Shown piece by piece: positions 18,992 through 28,946 of a DNA stretch of 64,000 nucleotides; position 1 is the first letter of the stretch, and every line of letters begins with the position of its first letter. Location of the stretch: assembly GCA_027493615.1 (NCBI GenBank), contig JAOSKK010000038.1, forward strand, positions 907,333 through 971,332, in the 5' to 3' direction. The stretch is from Verrucomicrobiota bacterium. GTDB lineage: Bacteria; Verrucomicrobiota; Verrucomicrobiia; Limisphaerales; J093. The position numbers and the translations under genes were made by a program. A model generated the notes under the pieces. It did not search any database, was not told the origin of the DNA, and worked only from the letters and a program-made list of their open reading frames with translations.

Positions 18992-21900
18992 CCAGCGGCC
19001 GTTGCGGGAGAGGCCCGAGGGCATCGGCTTGGGGAGGGCGGATTTCGCGAGTGTTCCGCTCCTTTCTGGGAGGCCGCACCAGCGGCCGCGGGCGGGACGG
19101 CCAGGGGCTTGGGCTTGCGGCCGCGTTCGACGATGCGCTGCACGAACACGTAGCAGACCGGGATGATGAACAGGCCGGTGGCGGTGGCGATGGTCATGCC
19201 GAAGACGACGCCGGTGCCCATCGTGCTGCGGGAAGCGGCGCCGGAACCGCTGGCCAGCATGAGCGGCACGCAACCGAGGATGAAGGCGAAGGAGGTCATG
19301 AGGATCGGCCGCAGGCGCAGCCGCGAGCCCTCGACCGCCGCGTCGAGAATCTCGGTGCCCTCCTCCCGTTTCATCTTGGCGAACTCGACGATGAGGATGG
19401 CGTTCTTGGCGGCGAGGCCGATGAGCATGACCAGGCCGATCTGGGCGTACACGTTCAGGTCGAAGCTCCGCACCCACATGCCCACCATCGTACCGAGGAT
19501 GACCGTCGGCGTGGCCAGCAGCACGGCGAAGGGCAGCCCCCAGCTCTCGTATTGCGCGGCCAGCAGCAGGAAGACGAACAGCACGGCCATCCCGAAGATG
19601 ACCGGAGCCTGGCCTTCGGACTTCTTCTCCTGCAACGTCAGGCCGGACCACTCCATGCCCGCCTCGTTCGGCATCGTCTGCATGATCTGCTCGATGGCGC
19701 GCATCGCCTGCCCCGAGCTGTAGCCGGGCGCGGGGGCGCCGATGATCTCCGCGGCGTTGTACAGGTTGAAGCGGGTGACCACGTTCGGGCCGGACATCTT
19801 GCTGACCGTCACGAGCGTGCTCAGCGGCACCATCTGCTCCGTGCTGTTCCGGACATAAAACTGGCCGATGTCGTCGGGCTTGTTGGTGAACTCCGGCTCG
19901 GCCTGGAGGAACACCCTGTACACCCGGCCGAACCGGACGAAGTCGTTCACGTAAAGCCCGCTCAGGTACGCCTGCAACGTCGCGAAGACGCTGTCCACCG
20001 TGACGCCCAGGGTGCGCGCCTTCTCGCGGTCCAGCTCGACCTTCACCTGCGGGGTGGCGGGATTGAACGTGGTGCTCACTCGACCGATCTCGGGCCGCTT
20101 GGCCGCCGCCGCGGTGAACTGCTGCACAAAGCTCGCCAGCTGCTCGATGGTGCCGCCGGAACGGTCCTGCAACTGCAGAGTGAAGCCGGAGACGTTGCCG
20201 TAGCCCGGCAGCGGCGGGGGCCCGAACGCAAAGGCCCGCGCGGCCGGAATGGCCTGGAACTTCCGGGTCCACTCCCGCGCGATGGCGGCGGCGTGCAGCG
20301 CCGGGTTCTTCCGGTGCTCCCATTCCTCCAGGCCCACAAACATGAGGGCGGCGTTGGGGACATTCAACGAATTGAGGATGTTCATCCCCACCACCCCGAC
20401 GGCCGAACGCACGCCCGGGGTGTGGTTGACGATCGCCTCGATGTCCTTCAGCACGGCATCCGAGCGCTGCAGCGACGCGCCTTCCGGCAGTTCGACGGCG
20501 ACGAACAGATAGCCCTTGTCCTCGTCCGGGATGAACCCGCCAGGCACAAACTTGCCGATCACCCAGATGCCCGCCACGACCGCTACCAGCAGCAGCATCG
20601 AGCGGGTGGCCTTGCGCACCAGTCCGCCGACGACGTTGCCGTAGCTCGTGCTCATCCAGTCGAAGAAGCGGTTGAACTGCCGGAAGAACGCCGCGATGGG
20701 CCCGCGTCCCGGGGTGGGTTTCTTGAGGAGCAGGGCGGACAGGGCCGGGCTGAGCGTCAGCGCGTTGATCACCGAGAACACCACGGCCACGGCAATGGTG
20801 AGCGCGAACTGGCTGTAGAGCTGGCCGGTCACCCCCCATGCTGGCCACCGGCACAAACACGGCGCACAGCACCAGACCGATGGCGACCACCGGCCCCGAC
20901 ACCTCCTTCATCGCCAGTTGGGTCGCCTCCACCGGCTCTTTGCCGTGCTCGAGGTGATGCTGCACGGCCTCGACCACCACGATGGCGTCGTCCACCACGA
21001 TGCCGATGGCCAGCACCAGGCCGAACATGGTCAGCACGTTGATGCTGAACCCCATGACCGGGAAAAGGATGAAGGCGCCCAGCAGCGAGACGGGCACCGT
21101 GCACATGGGAATGATCGTCGCCCGGAAACTCTGGAGGAAGATGTAGACCACGAGCAGCACGAGGATCACTGCCTCGAACAGCGTGTGCTCGATCTCCTTC
21201 ATGGACGCCTCGATCGGCAGCGTGGAATCGAGGGTGATGTCGTAGGCCATGTCCGGCGGGAACTTCGCCTTCGCCTCCTCGAGGATCTTCTTCACGTTCT
21301 TGGCCGTCTCGATGGCGTTGGCGCCGGGGGCCAGGTAGACGCCAAAGGCCCCGGCGGGCGAACCGTTCAGGCGCGCCCGCAGGTCGTAGGTCTGGGCGCC
21401 GAGCTCCACACGCGCCACGTCCTTGACCTTCACCTGCGACCCGTCGGTGCCGGACCGGATGATGATCTCCTCGAACTCCGCGGGGTCTTTCAGCAGACCG
21501 AGGGCGCGGACGTTGAACTGGCTTTCCTGGCCGGGGGGGGCGGGTTCGGCCCCGATGCGGCCGGCCGGCGACTGAGCGTTCTGCTCCTTGATCGCGTTCG
21601 AGATGTCCTGGGGGGTGATGCCGAGGGAGGCGAGCTTGTCTGGCCGCAGCCAGATGCGCATGGTGTAGTCCTGCGCGGTGAAGTTCTTGACGTCGCCGAC
21701 GCCCTTCACTCGTTTGATGGCATCGACCAGGTTGATGTCGCAATAGTTGCCGAGGAAGATGGCGTCGTAGGTGTTGCTGGGCGAGTTGAGCGCCACCACC
21801 ATGAGGATGTCCGGGCTGGAGCGGTTCACCACGACGCCCTCCCGCTTGACGGCGTCGGGCAACTGCGCCTCGGCCTGGCCCACGCGGTTCTGCGTGTTGA

Positions 21901-22213
21901 CCTGCATGATGTCCACGTCCGTGCCCACGTCGAAGTAGACGTTCAGCGTCATCTTGCCGTCGTTGGCGTTGAACGACTGGAGGTAGAGCAACTTGTCGAC
22001 GCCGTTGACCTTCGACTCGATGGGGGTGGCGACGGATTCCATGACGGCCTCGGCGGCGGCGCCGCGGTACGTCGTGGTCACCTGGATCATCGTGGGACTG
22101 ACCGGCGGGTACTCGGAGATGGGCAGTCGCTTGAGGCTGATCGCGCCCACGATCACCGTCAGGATGGCAATGACCATCGCGACGATGGGGCGTCGGATGA
22201 AGAAGTCGGCCAT
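18808..22213 (-). CDS. RND (HAE1, AcrB-like) efflux permease; frame break at C6 run 20832-20837; 3' end uncertain
   Basis: ATG at 22213 ([18 protein letters not shown]). The first about 460 aa lie in the frame of ORF 17498..23548 and the rest in ORF 18808..20856 ([20 protein letters not shown] ... [12 protein letters not shown]). As read, the open frame overlaps the OMF gene by about 180 nt. The real stop is probably near 19.0-19.1 kb. Confidence 0.9.
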
Positions 22214-22218
22214 ACGGG

Positions 22219-23548
22219 TTACTCCTTCCCGTGCGGGGCCGGGCTGCCGGCCGCGCCGGCCGCCTGTGCCTGCTGGGCCGCCGCCGCCATCTCCCGCGGC
22301 GGTGCTGGGGAGGACCTCCGCGCCGTGACGCGCCTTCTGCAGGCCCTCGAGCACAATGCGCTCACCGGCCTTCAAACCCTCCGAGAGCAGGAGGTTCGTG
22401 CCGATCTGCCGGTCCACGGTCACCGGGCGCTGCTCGGCCTTGTTGTCGGGCCCGATCACCATGACAAAGTTCTTGCCCTGCAGCTCGAACACCGCCCGTT
22501 CCGGCACCAGAATGCTGTTCTCGCGCGTGCCGAGGTCGAGCCGGATGCGGCCGAACATCCCGGGACGGAGGATCCGGTCCAGTCCCCCGCCCGCCCGGGC
22601 CGCGAAGCTGTTCGTCGGGCCCGGCAGCGGCCGCTCCGGATTGGGGAACTCGGCGCGCAGGCGCAGGGTGCCGGTCTGCACGTCCACGGCCCGGTCCAGG
22701 AAGACAAACCGGCCCTTCTCCGGGTGTTCGGAGCCGTCGGGCCGGAACAGGGTGATGGGGGCGTCGGCGGCGCGCCGCCCCGTGCGTCGCGCCTGGGCGT
22801 CGGCCCGAAGCAGGTCCGATTCGCTCACGTTGCAGTGGAACCACATCGGGTCGAGCGTCGAGATCGTCGCGAGCAACGTCGGCTGCCCTTTGCCCACCAG
22901 TTCCCCGATGGACACCTGTTTGGCGCCGATCAACCCGCTGATGGGCGCGCGGACATCGCAATACGAGAGGTCGAGCACCGCCGAATCGACCCGCGCCTGG
23001 GCGGAGGCGACGCTCGCCCGGCCCATGTCCACGGCGGCCACGGCGTTGTCGAGGTCCTGCTGCGGCACCGCCCGTTTCTCGGCGAGCGGTCGGAGGCGGG
23101 CCACGTCGGCCTCGTATTTTTTGAGTGAAGCCTCGGCCTCCGCCAGCGCCCCCTTGGCCGCGGCGAGCTGCTCCTGATACGGACGGTCGTCGAGCTTGAA
23201 CAGGGGATCGCCTTCCTTCACCTCCGTGCCTTCGACAAACAACACCTTCTCGACAAACGCCTCGACGCGCGCCCGGACCTCGACGTTCTGGGGCGAGTCG
23301 AGCTGGCCGATGAACTCGGCCGAAAGCGTGGCGTTGGTGGGGACGATCTCCAGCACCAGCACGCGCGGCGGCGGCACCGCCGGCGGCGCAGCCGGCTTGC
23401 ACCCTCCCACCATCCATAGCGCAGCCGCGGCCGCTAACACCGCGGCCACCCGTGCGGGGGACGGCACCGCGCGTGGCGGTGGCAGGTCGCCGCAGGTTTC
23501 ACGAAGACCTTGAGGAGTCTCAGGTGCAGGTCTCTTGGGTTGCTTCAT
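22219..23548 (-). CDS. RND efflux membrane fusion protein (periplasmic adaptor)
   Basis: N-terminal part of ORF 17498..23548. It shows lipoyl, hairpin and barrel motifs (VEVRARVEAFVEKVLFVEGTEVKEGDPLFKLD, YCDVRAPISGLIG). A 1-nt shift near 22300 restores the tail ...AAAAQQAQAAGAAGSPAPHGKE with a stop at 22219 and a GGAG Shine-Dalgarno for the RND gene. Confidence 0.9.
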
Positions 23549-23587
23549 GTCGTATTTTAGGCAGCGAGACAGCCGTTTTTGTCAATC

Positions 23588-23760
23588 TCACGAACCCCGT
23601 TCCTGCGGGACGTACCCGGCGACGCCGGCGGAAATGTGATGTCCTCCGGCCAACACCGCATCCACAGCGGGCAGCAGTTCCGTCGCCAGGAGGCGCTTGA
23701 CGATGAAGCCGTCGGGGCGCGCGATGGAAAGGTCGACCACCGCCGGGGTCGGCTGGAGGC
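23588..23760 (-). pseudogene. Remnant of a response-regulator receiver domain (C-terminal about 50 codons only)
   Basis: The minus-strand frame reads ...AVVDLSIARPDGFIVKRLLATELLPAVDAVLAGGHHISAGVAGYVPQERGS with a stop at 23588. It matches the GA-x-G-F/Y-hydrophobic-x-K ... AV-x-AG end of receiver domains. There is no upstream receiver part because the SYLF gene ends at 23815. Confidence 0.35.
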
Positions 23761-23814
23761 AGCGGGTACTTGACGCTCGCGGGGCTCACGGTCGGGCGAA
23801 AGGAAAGCCGGAGA

Positions 23815-24522
23815 TTACTTGGCCTCGGGCTTGGCGTACTGCTCGATCTTCTGGGCGAGCAGGGTGGCGGCCTCGGTGGGCTGAACTTTGCCACCGACCA
23901 GAATCTCGCTCATGGTGTATTCCTCGCCGTAGTAACTCTTGTTGTCCCCGCCGTCCGGGAAAAGTCCGCCCGTCTCGAGCGCCGCACCGCCGAAGACGCC
24001 GCGCGTGTCGCTGTAGATCAGGACAGGGGTATTGTCGGTCTTGAAATTGGCCTGATCGCCGGCGCTCTTGGGCCCCACGGTGGCACGCACGTCGACGCCC
24101 AGTTTCAGGTTGGGGTCCGTCAGCAGCTTGATCCCGTCGCTGTTCATGAGCACCAAGATGACGTCGCTCCGCTGGCCACCCGCCTGGAACCCGAAACTGC
24201 CTTCGCCACCCTTCACGAACCCGACGGGGCCCCATTTGCCGGTCTGCTTGTTGCGGACGATGGCCACGCCGCCGCCGCCGGCCACCCCGACCACGAAGCC
24301 CGCCTTGTAGGTGCGCATGATGACCAGGCCCTCCGCCTTGCGCAGCACTTCGGCCGGGACGGCCTTGCCGGCATCCTTCTGCACGGCTTCGAAATAGTCG
24401 GTCAGATCCCGGACGCGGGCATCCAGTTTGTTCCTGGACTCGGCCCAGGCCGAGCAGACCAGCCCGGTGACCAACAGGGCCAGGGTCAACAGACGTGATT
24501 TGAGATTCAAGGCAGCCTTCAT
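23815..24522 (-). CDS. SYLF (DUF500/Ysc84-like) lipid-binding domain protein, secreted
   Basis: Intact 235 aa with a signal peptide. The SYLF core includes GLVIMRTYKAGFVVGVAGGGGVAIV and GSFGFQAGGQRSDVILVLM. Confidence 0.9.
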   Translation of the reverse strand: MKAALNLKSRLLTLALLVTGLVCSAWAESRNKLDARVRDLTDYFEAVQKDAGKAVPAEVLRKAEGLVIMRTYKAGFVVGVAGGGGVAIVRNKQTGKWGPVGFVKGGEGSFGFQAGGQRSDVILVLMNSDGIKLLTDPNLKLGVDVRATVGPKSAGDQANFKTDNTPVLIYSDTRGVFGGAALETGGLFPDGGDNKSYYGEEYTMSEILVGGKVQPTEAATLLAQKIEQYAKPEAK

Positions 24523-24588
24523 GGTTTCAGTCGGGGTTCACTGCGTTTTGAGCGAGGCAAGACCGCACGCCGCACGGCGAGACACCGG

Positions 24589-27554
24589 GTGTCTACAACG
24601 CCGGCAACCCTGCCGACGGCCGGAGGCGCAGTCGGGTTGACGCGAATCACGGGCCGCATTCTGGACGCCGAATCTCGCGCTGTGACCTCGCAAAACTACG
24701 AGGACGCCGTTCCTGCCCCATCCAAATACTCGCAACTCGCGATCCGAACGGCTAATCTCCCGGTCGGATTTGTGACGAGATTGCCGCCCATATCATGGTG
24801 GGGCTGGGCGTGTCTGGGAACGCTCCTGCTGACCCTGGCCGCGCCCGGCGCCTCCGCCGCGTCTCCCCAGCGCGTCCTGCTCATTCATTCGTTTGGGCGC
24901 GACTTTGCACCCTACAATCATTTTTCGGGAGTCCTTCGCACCGAGCTGGTGAGCGAAGCGTCGGGGTCGGTGGACGTCGTGGAGGTGTCTCTCGATACCG
25001 CGCGCGTCGCCGACACGGCGCCGGAAGGGCCGTTGGTGGATTACCTGGCCGCCCTGTCTGCCAGTCGGCCTCCGGACCTTGTGATCCCCGTTGGCGGGCC
25101 GGCGGTCCGGTTTGCCCAACGCCACCGGCAAGGGCTCTTTCCCCACACTCCGTTGTTGATCGGCGGCACCGATGAACGTCACATACAACGGGCCACGCTC
25201 ACGACGAACGACGCCGTGGTGGCGGGACGGATTCAACTGCCCCGGGTGGCGCAGACCATCCTGCAGGTACTGCCTCAAACCACGAATGTGGTGGTGGTGG
25301 TCGGTGCCAGCCCGCTTGAGACCTTCTGGCTCACGGAGATCCGCGACGCCTGGCAGCCCTTCACCAATCGTGTGAGCCTCCAACCGCTCAACGAGCTCGC
25401 TTTCGCGGAAATGCTCAAACGCTGCGCTGCCCTTCCACCGAGGTCCGCGATCTTCTACGCGCTCATGATCATGGATGTCGAGGGCATCCCGCAATGGGAG
25501 GAAGGCGCCTGACTCGACTGCACGGCGTCGCCAATGCGCCCCTCTTCGGCGTCTTCGAAACCCAACTGGGGCGGGGGATCGTGGGTGGGCCGCTGGTGGA
25601 CATGCAGGAGATGGGGCGCAACACGGCGAAGGTCGCCGCTCGCATCCTCCGTGGAGAGGCGCCGGCCGATCTTGGGGTCGCGCCGCAGGAGATGGGCGCC
25701 CCGCAATTCGACTGGCGGGAGCTGCAGCGCTGGGGCATCAGCGAAGCGCGGCTGCCTGCCGGCAGCATCATCCGCTTCCGGCAGCCCGGCCTCTGGGAAC
25801 GTTACTGGTGGCTGGTGTGTGGGGGAGTGTTGGTCGGCGCCGTCGAAGCCGCCCTGATCGTCGGTTTGCTGGTTCACCGGGCCAGACGTCGCCACGGGGA
25901 GGCCGCGGCGAAGCTGATCGCGGATCTGTCCTCGAGGTTCATCAACCTTCCCGCCGATCAAGTGGATCCCGAGATTGAGGTAGCGCAGCGCCGAATCTGC
26001 GAAGGCATGCGGCTGGATTTGAGCGCGCTTTGGCAGTGGACAGACGGCTCGCCGCGCGGTTTCAAGATGACCCATCTCTATCGTGCGCTGGCGGGTCCCC
26101 GGTCCCCGAACGATTTGACGCGCAGGAAGTGTTCCCCTGGTGCCTGAAGCAGTTGCTGGCGGGAAAGGCCATTCCGGTTTCCTCGCTGGACGCGCTACCT
26201 CCGGAGGCGGGCCGCGACCGGGAGTCGTGGCTGCATTTCGGCATCAAGTCGAACCTGACCTTTCCCCTGTTGACCGCGGGCGGGCAACTCCTTGGGGGCG
26301 TGAGCTTCAACACCGTGCGGAAGGCGCGCTCCTGGCCCGAGGAATTCGTAACACGGCTGGAATTGGTCGCGCAGATCTTTGCCAATGCGCTCGCGCGGCA
26401 GCGTGCGGACCAGGAGTTGTGCGAAAGCGAAGCCCGGCTCACCCTGGCGGCGGATGCCGCCGCCGCGGGTTTGTGGAGACTGGACCTTGCCACCCAGTGC
26501 TTTTGGATCACGAACAAGGCGCGGGAGCTGTTTGCGTTTGGCGCCGACGAAGTCGTGACCTTCGACCGGTTCTTGAGCCTGGTCCATCCTGACGATAGGG
26601 AAATGGTGCGCCAGAAAGTGCAGCAGGTGGTGCAGTGCAAAGGGGAAATCCAGGTTGAATACCGAATCCTGCGGCCTGACGGGCGCCTGCGCTGGATGAA
26701 GTCGCAGGGCCGCGTCCATGCCGGTTCATCTGGGCAGCCCGATTACCTGATGGGGGTAACGGTGGACATCACGGAGCAGCGGTTGGCGGAGTTGGAGGGC
26801 CAGCGCCTGCGTGACAATCTGGCGCATCTGACGCGCGTGAACACGCTGGGCGCCTTGTCGGGCTCATTGGCCCATGAGCTGAACCAGCCGCTCGGCATCA
26901 TCCTCAGCAACGCGCAGGCGGCGCAGGAGATGCTCTCTCAGGAACCGCCGGATACGGCCGAAGTGCAGGCCATCCTCACGGACATCGTGAAGGCCGATCG
27001 CCGGGCGGGCGAGGTCATCGAACGGCTCCGCGCTTTGTTCAAAGGCGGGCAGGCGTCGCTGCAGAGGCTCTCACTCAACGCCGTCATTGAGGAAGTGCTC
27101 CGCCTCATCCACGCCGAGCTCCTCAGTCGCGGGATCACCGTCCTTCGCGAGCTGGCTTCGGACTTGCCGCCGGTCCTCGGGGATCGCGTGCAACTCCAGC
27201 AGCTCGCGCTCAACCTCATCCTCAACGCGGCTGAGGCCATGTCCGCCAATGCGCCCGGAACGCGTCGGCTTCACCTGCGGACGATGCTACACTTGAACCA
27301 GGTCCGCGCCTCCGTGCGGGATGAGGGCGAAGGTTTGCCCGCCGATGTGGAGCGCCTTTTCCAGCCGCTCTATACCACCAAGCCGCAGGGCCTGGGCATG
27401 GGCCTGGTGATCTGCCGATCCGTGGTGGGCGCCCACGGTGGCCGCCTATGGGCGGAAACCCATCCCGAGGGGCGGCGCCGTGTTCCACTTTGAGTTGCCG
27501 GTGGCAGGGGGGCGAGTGACGGGTAATCCGTCATCCGGGATGGGGGATCGGTGA
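24589..27554 (+). CDS. Sensor histidine kinase with periplasmic solute-binding-protein-like domain, TM, GAF-like, PAS, HisKA, HATPase_c; frame broken about 3 times
   Basis: ORF 24589..25512 gives RVLLIHSFGRDFAPYNHFS..., an ABC-substrate-binding-like fold. ORF 25494..26147 gives a TM segment (YWWLVCGGVLVGAVEAALIVGLLV). ORF 26030..27493 gives the PAS part (EYRILRPDGRLRWM), the H-box (SLAHELNQPL) and the N and G boxes. A final 1-nt shift near 27470 restores GGAVFHFELPVAGG with a stop at 27552-27554. An alternative start is the GTG at 24772. Confidence 0.85.
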
Positions 27555-27739
27555 TCATTGAATGGAACACGCCGCGCGGAGCGGAGCATGATGACCTGCG
27601 ATGCCAGGTTTGCGGCGCGCCTGATTCCGCGCTCCACGAATCGCCGGTTAGGTACTTCATTTCGCCGGATGGAAGTACGGCCGATGACTGGACAGAGACC
27701 CCTGTTCACCGATCACTGATTGCCGATCACTGATCACCA

Positions 27740-28399
27740 ATGACTTCTCACCCCTCCCCAACGCCTCCCTCGCCGCCAGGCATGGTTTATCTCCTCGATG
27801 ACGAGCCGGACCTGGTCAAGGCGCTGACGCGCTTGCTGCGGGCCAAACGCTTCGAGGTGCGGGCGTTTACCTCGGTACGCGCGTTCTTGGAAGCCTATCG
27901 CCCGGAGGACACGGCTTGTCTCGTGTTGGACGTGGCCATGCCAGAACTGGACGGCTTGGAGTTGCAGCGGCGTCTCACCCAGCAGGAAAGTCCGCTCCCC
28001 ATCATCTTCCTGACCGGTCACGGTGACATCCCCATGAGCGTGCGCGCCATCAAGGCCGGGGCGGCGGATTTTCTGACCAAGCCCGTGGACGCCGCCGCCT
28101 TGGTCGCGGCGGTCCGCGCGGCTCTTCAACTGGGAGAAACCCGGCACGCCACCTTCGCGGAAACCCGAACCTGGAAGGCCCGGCTGGCCCGCCTCACGCC
28201 CCGCGAACGTGAAGTCATGGAGCACGTCGTCGCCGGTCGGCTCAACAAGCAGATTGCGGCGGATCTGGGCACCGGGGAACAGAACATCAAGCTGCACCGC
28301 GCGCACGTCATGGAGAAGATGGGCGTCGAGTCCCTCGCCGATCTCGTCCGCGTTGCCGGGCGGTTGGGCGTGGGCAGATCGACGAACAATGAAGCGTGA
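27740..28399 (+). CDS. FixJ/LuxR-family response regulator
   Basis: Intact 219 aa. Receiver motifs are VYLLDDEPD, LVLDVAMPELDG and DFLTKP. The LuxR HTH reads LTPREREVMEHVVAGRLNKQIAADLGTGEQNIKLHR. Confidence 0.95.
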   Translation: MTSHPSPTPPSPPGMVYLLDDEPDLVKALTRLLRAKRFEVRAFTSVRAFLEAYRPEDTACLVLDVAMPELDGLELQRRLTQQESPLPIIFLTGHGDIPMSVRAIKAGAADFLTKPVDAAALVAAVRAALQLGETRHATFAETRTWKARLARLTPREREVMEHVVAGRLNKQIAADLGTGEQNIKLHRAHVMEKMGVESLADLVRVAGRLGVGRSTNNEA

Positions 28400-28520
28400 A
28401 CCGTCATCCGTGATCAGTCAGGAGTCCTCCGACGCACCCCGTCCCTGATCACCGATCACCCCCCACTTAACCAAGGTCTAGTAGCGCCCGATCGCTGACT
28501 GGCGCCATCCTCCCGCTCCG

Positions 28521-28911
28521 ATGCCCGTGGCACGACCAACGGTCGGAGTCTTGGATGACGAACCGGAGATGCGCAAAGCGCTGCGCCGGTTGCTCAATTG
28601 CCGGGGCTTCCAGGTGCTCGAGTATGAGCGGGGGAGCGGATCTCCTCGACGCCTTGGGTTCACACCCGTTGGACTGTCTGCTGCTGGACCTGCAGATGGA
28701 GGGTGTCAACGGATTTGAGGTGCTGGAGGTCCTTCTGGCCCTCCAGCACCCCGTCCCGGTCATCGTCATCACCGCTCACGATGAACCCGGCACGGCGGGG
28801 CACGTGCGCGATCTGGGCGCGGTTGCTTACCTGAAGAAGCCCGTGGACCGGGACGCCTTGTTCGCCTCCCTCTCAGCCGCCCTTACTCACCGCGAAATCC
28901 CATCGCCCTAA
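28521..28911 (+). CDS. Stand-alone receiver-domain response regulator; one frame break near 28630
   Basis: ORF 28521..28718 (VGVLDDEPEMRKALRRLLNCRGFQVLEY) joins ORF 28555..28911 (LLLDLQMEGVNGFEVL...VIVITAHDEP...AYLKKP). Confidence 0.8.
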
Positions 28912-28946
28912 TTCAAGACGACGCAACTGCAGTTTCCAAGACGGAG

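Noticed and set aside
17498-23548. A 2016-aa ORF that looks like a giant single-chain MFP-RND-OMF efflux protein.
   Set aside because: Each module has its own start context: a Shine-Dalgarno plus ATG at 22213, and an ATG plus lipobox at 18991. The middle third of the ORF is out of frame relative to the real RND sequence, which continues in ORF 18808..20856. The continuity comes from indels plus stop-codon-poor GC-rich DNA.
28520-28545. Sigma-54 promoter candidates (TGGCAC strings at about 28526 and about 52428) as possible targets of the NtrC-type activator.
   Set aside because: Neither is followed by the TTGC(A/T) -12 element at the correct 4-5 nt spacing. One lies inside a coding region and the other inside a repeat unit.
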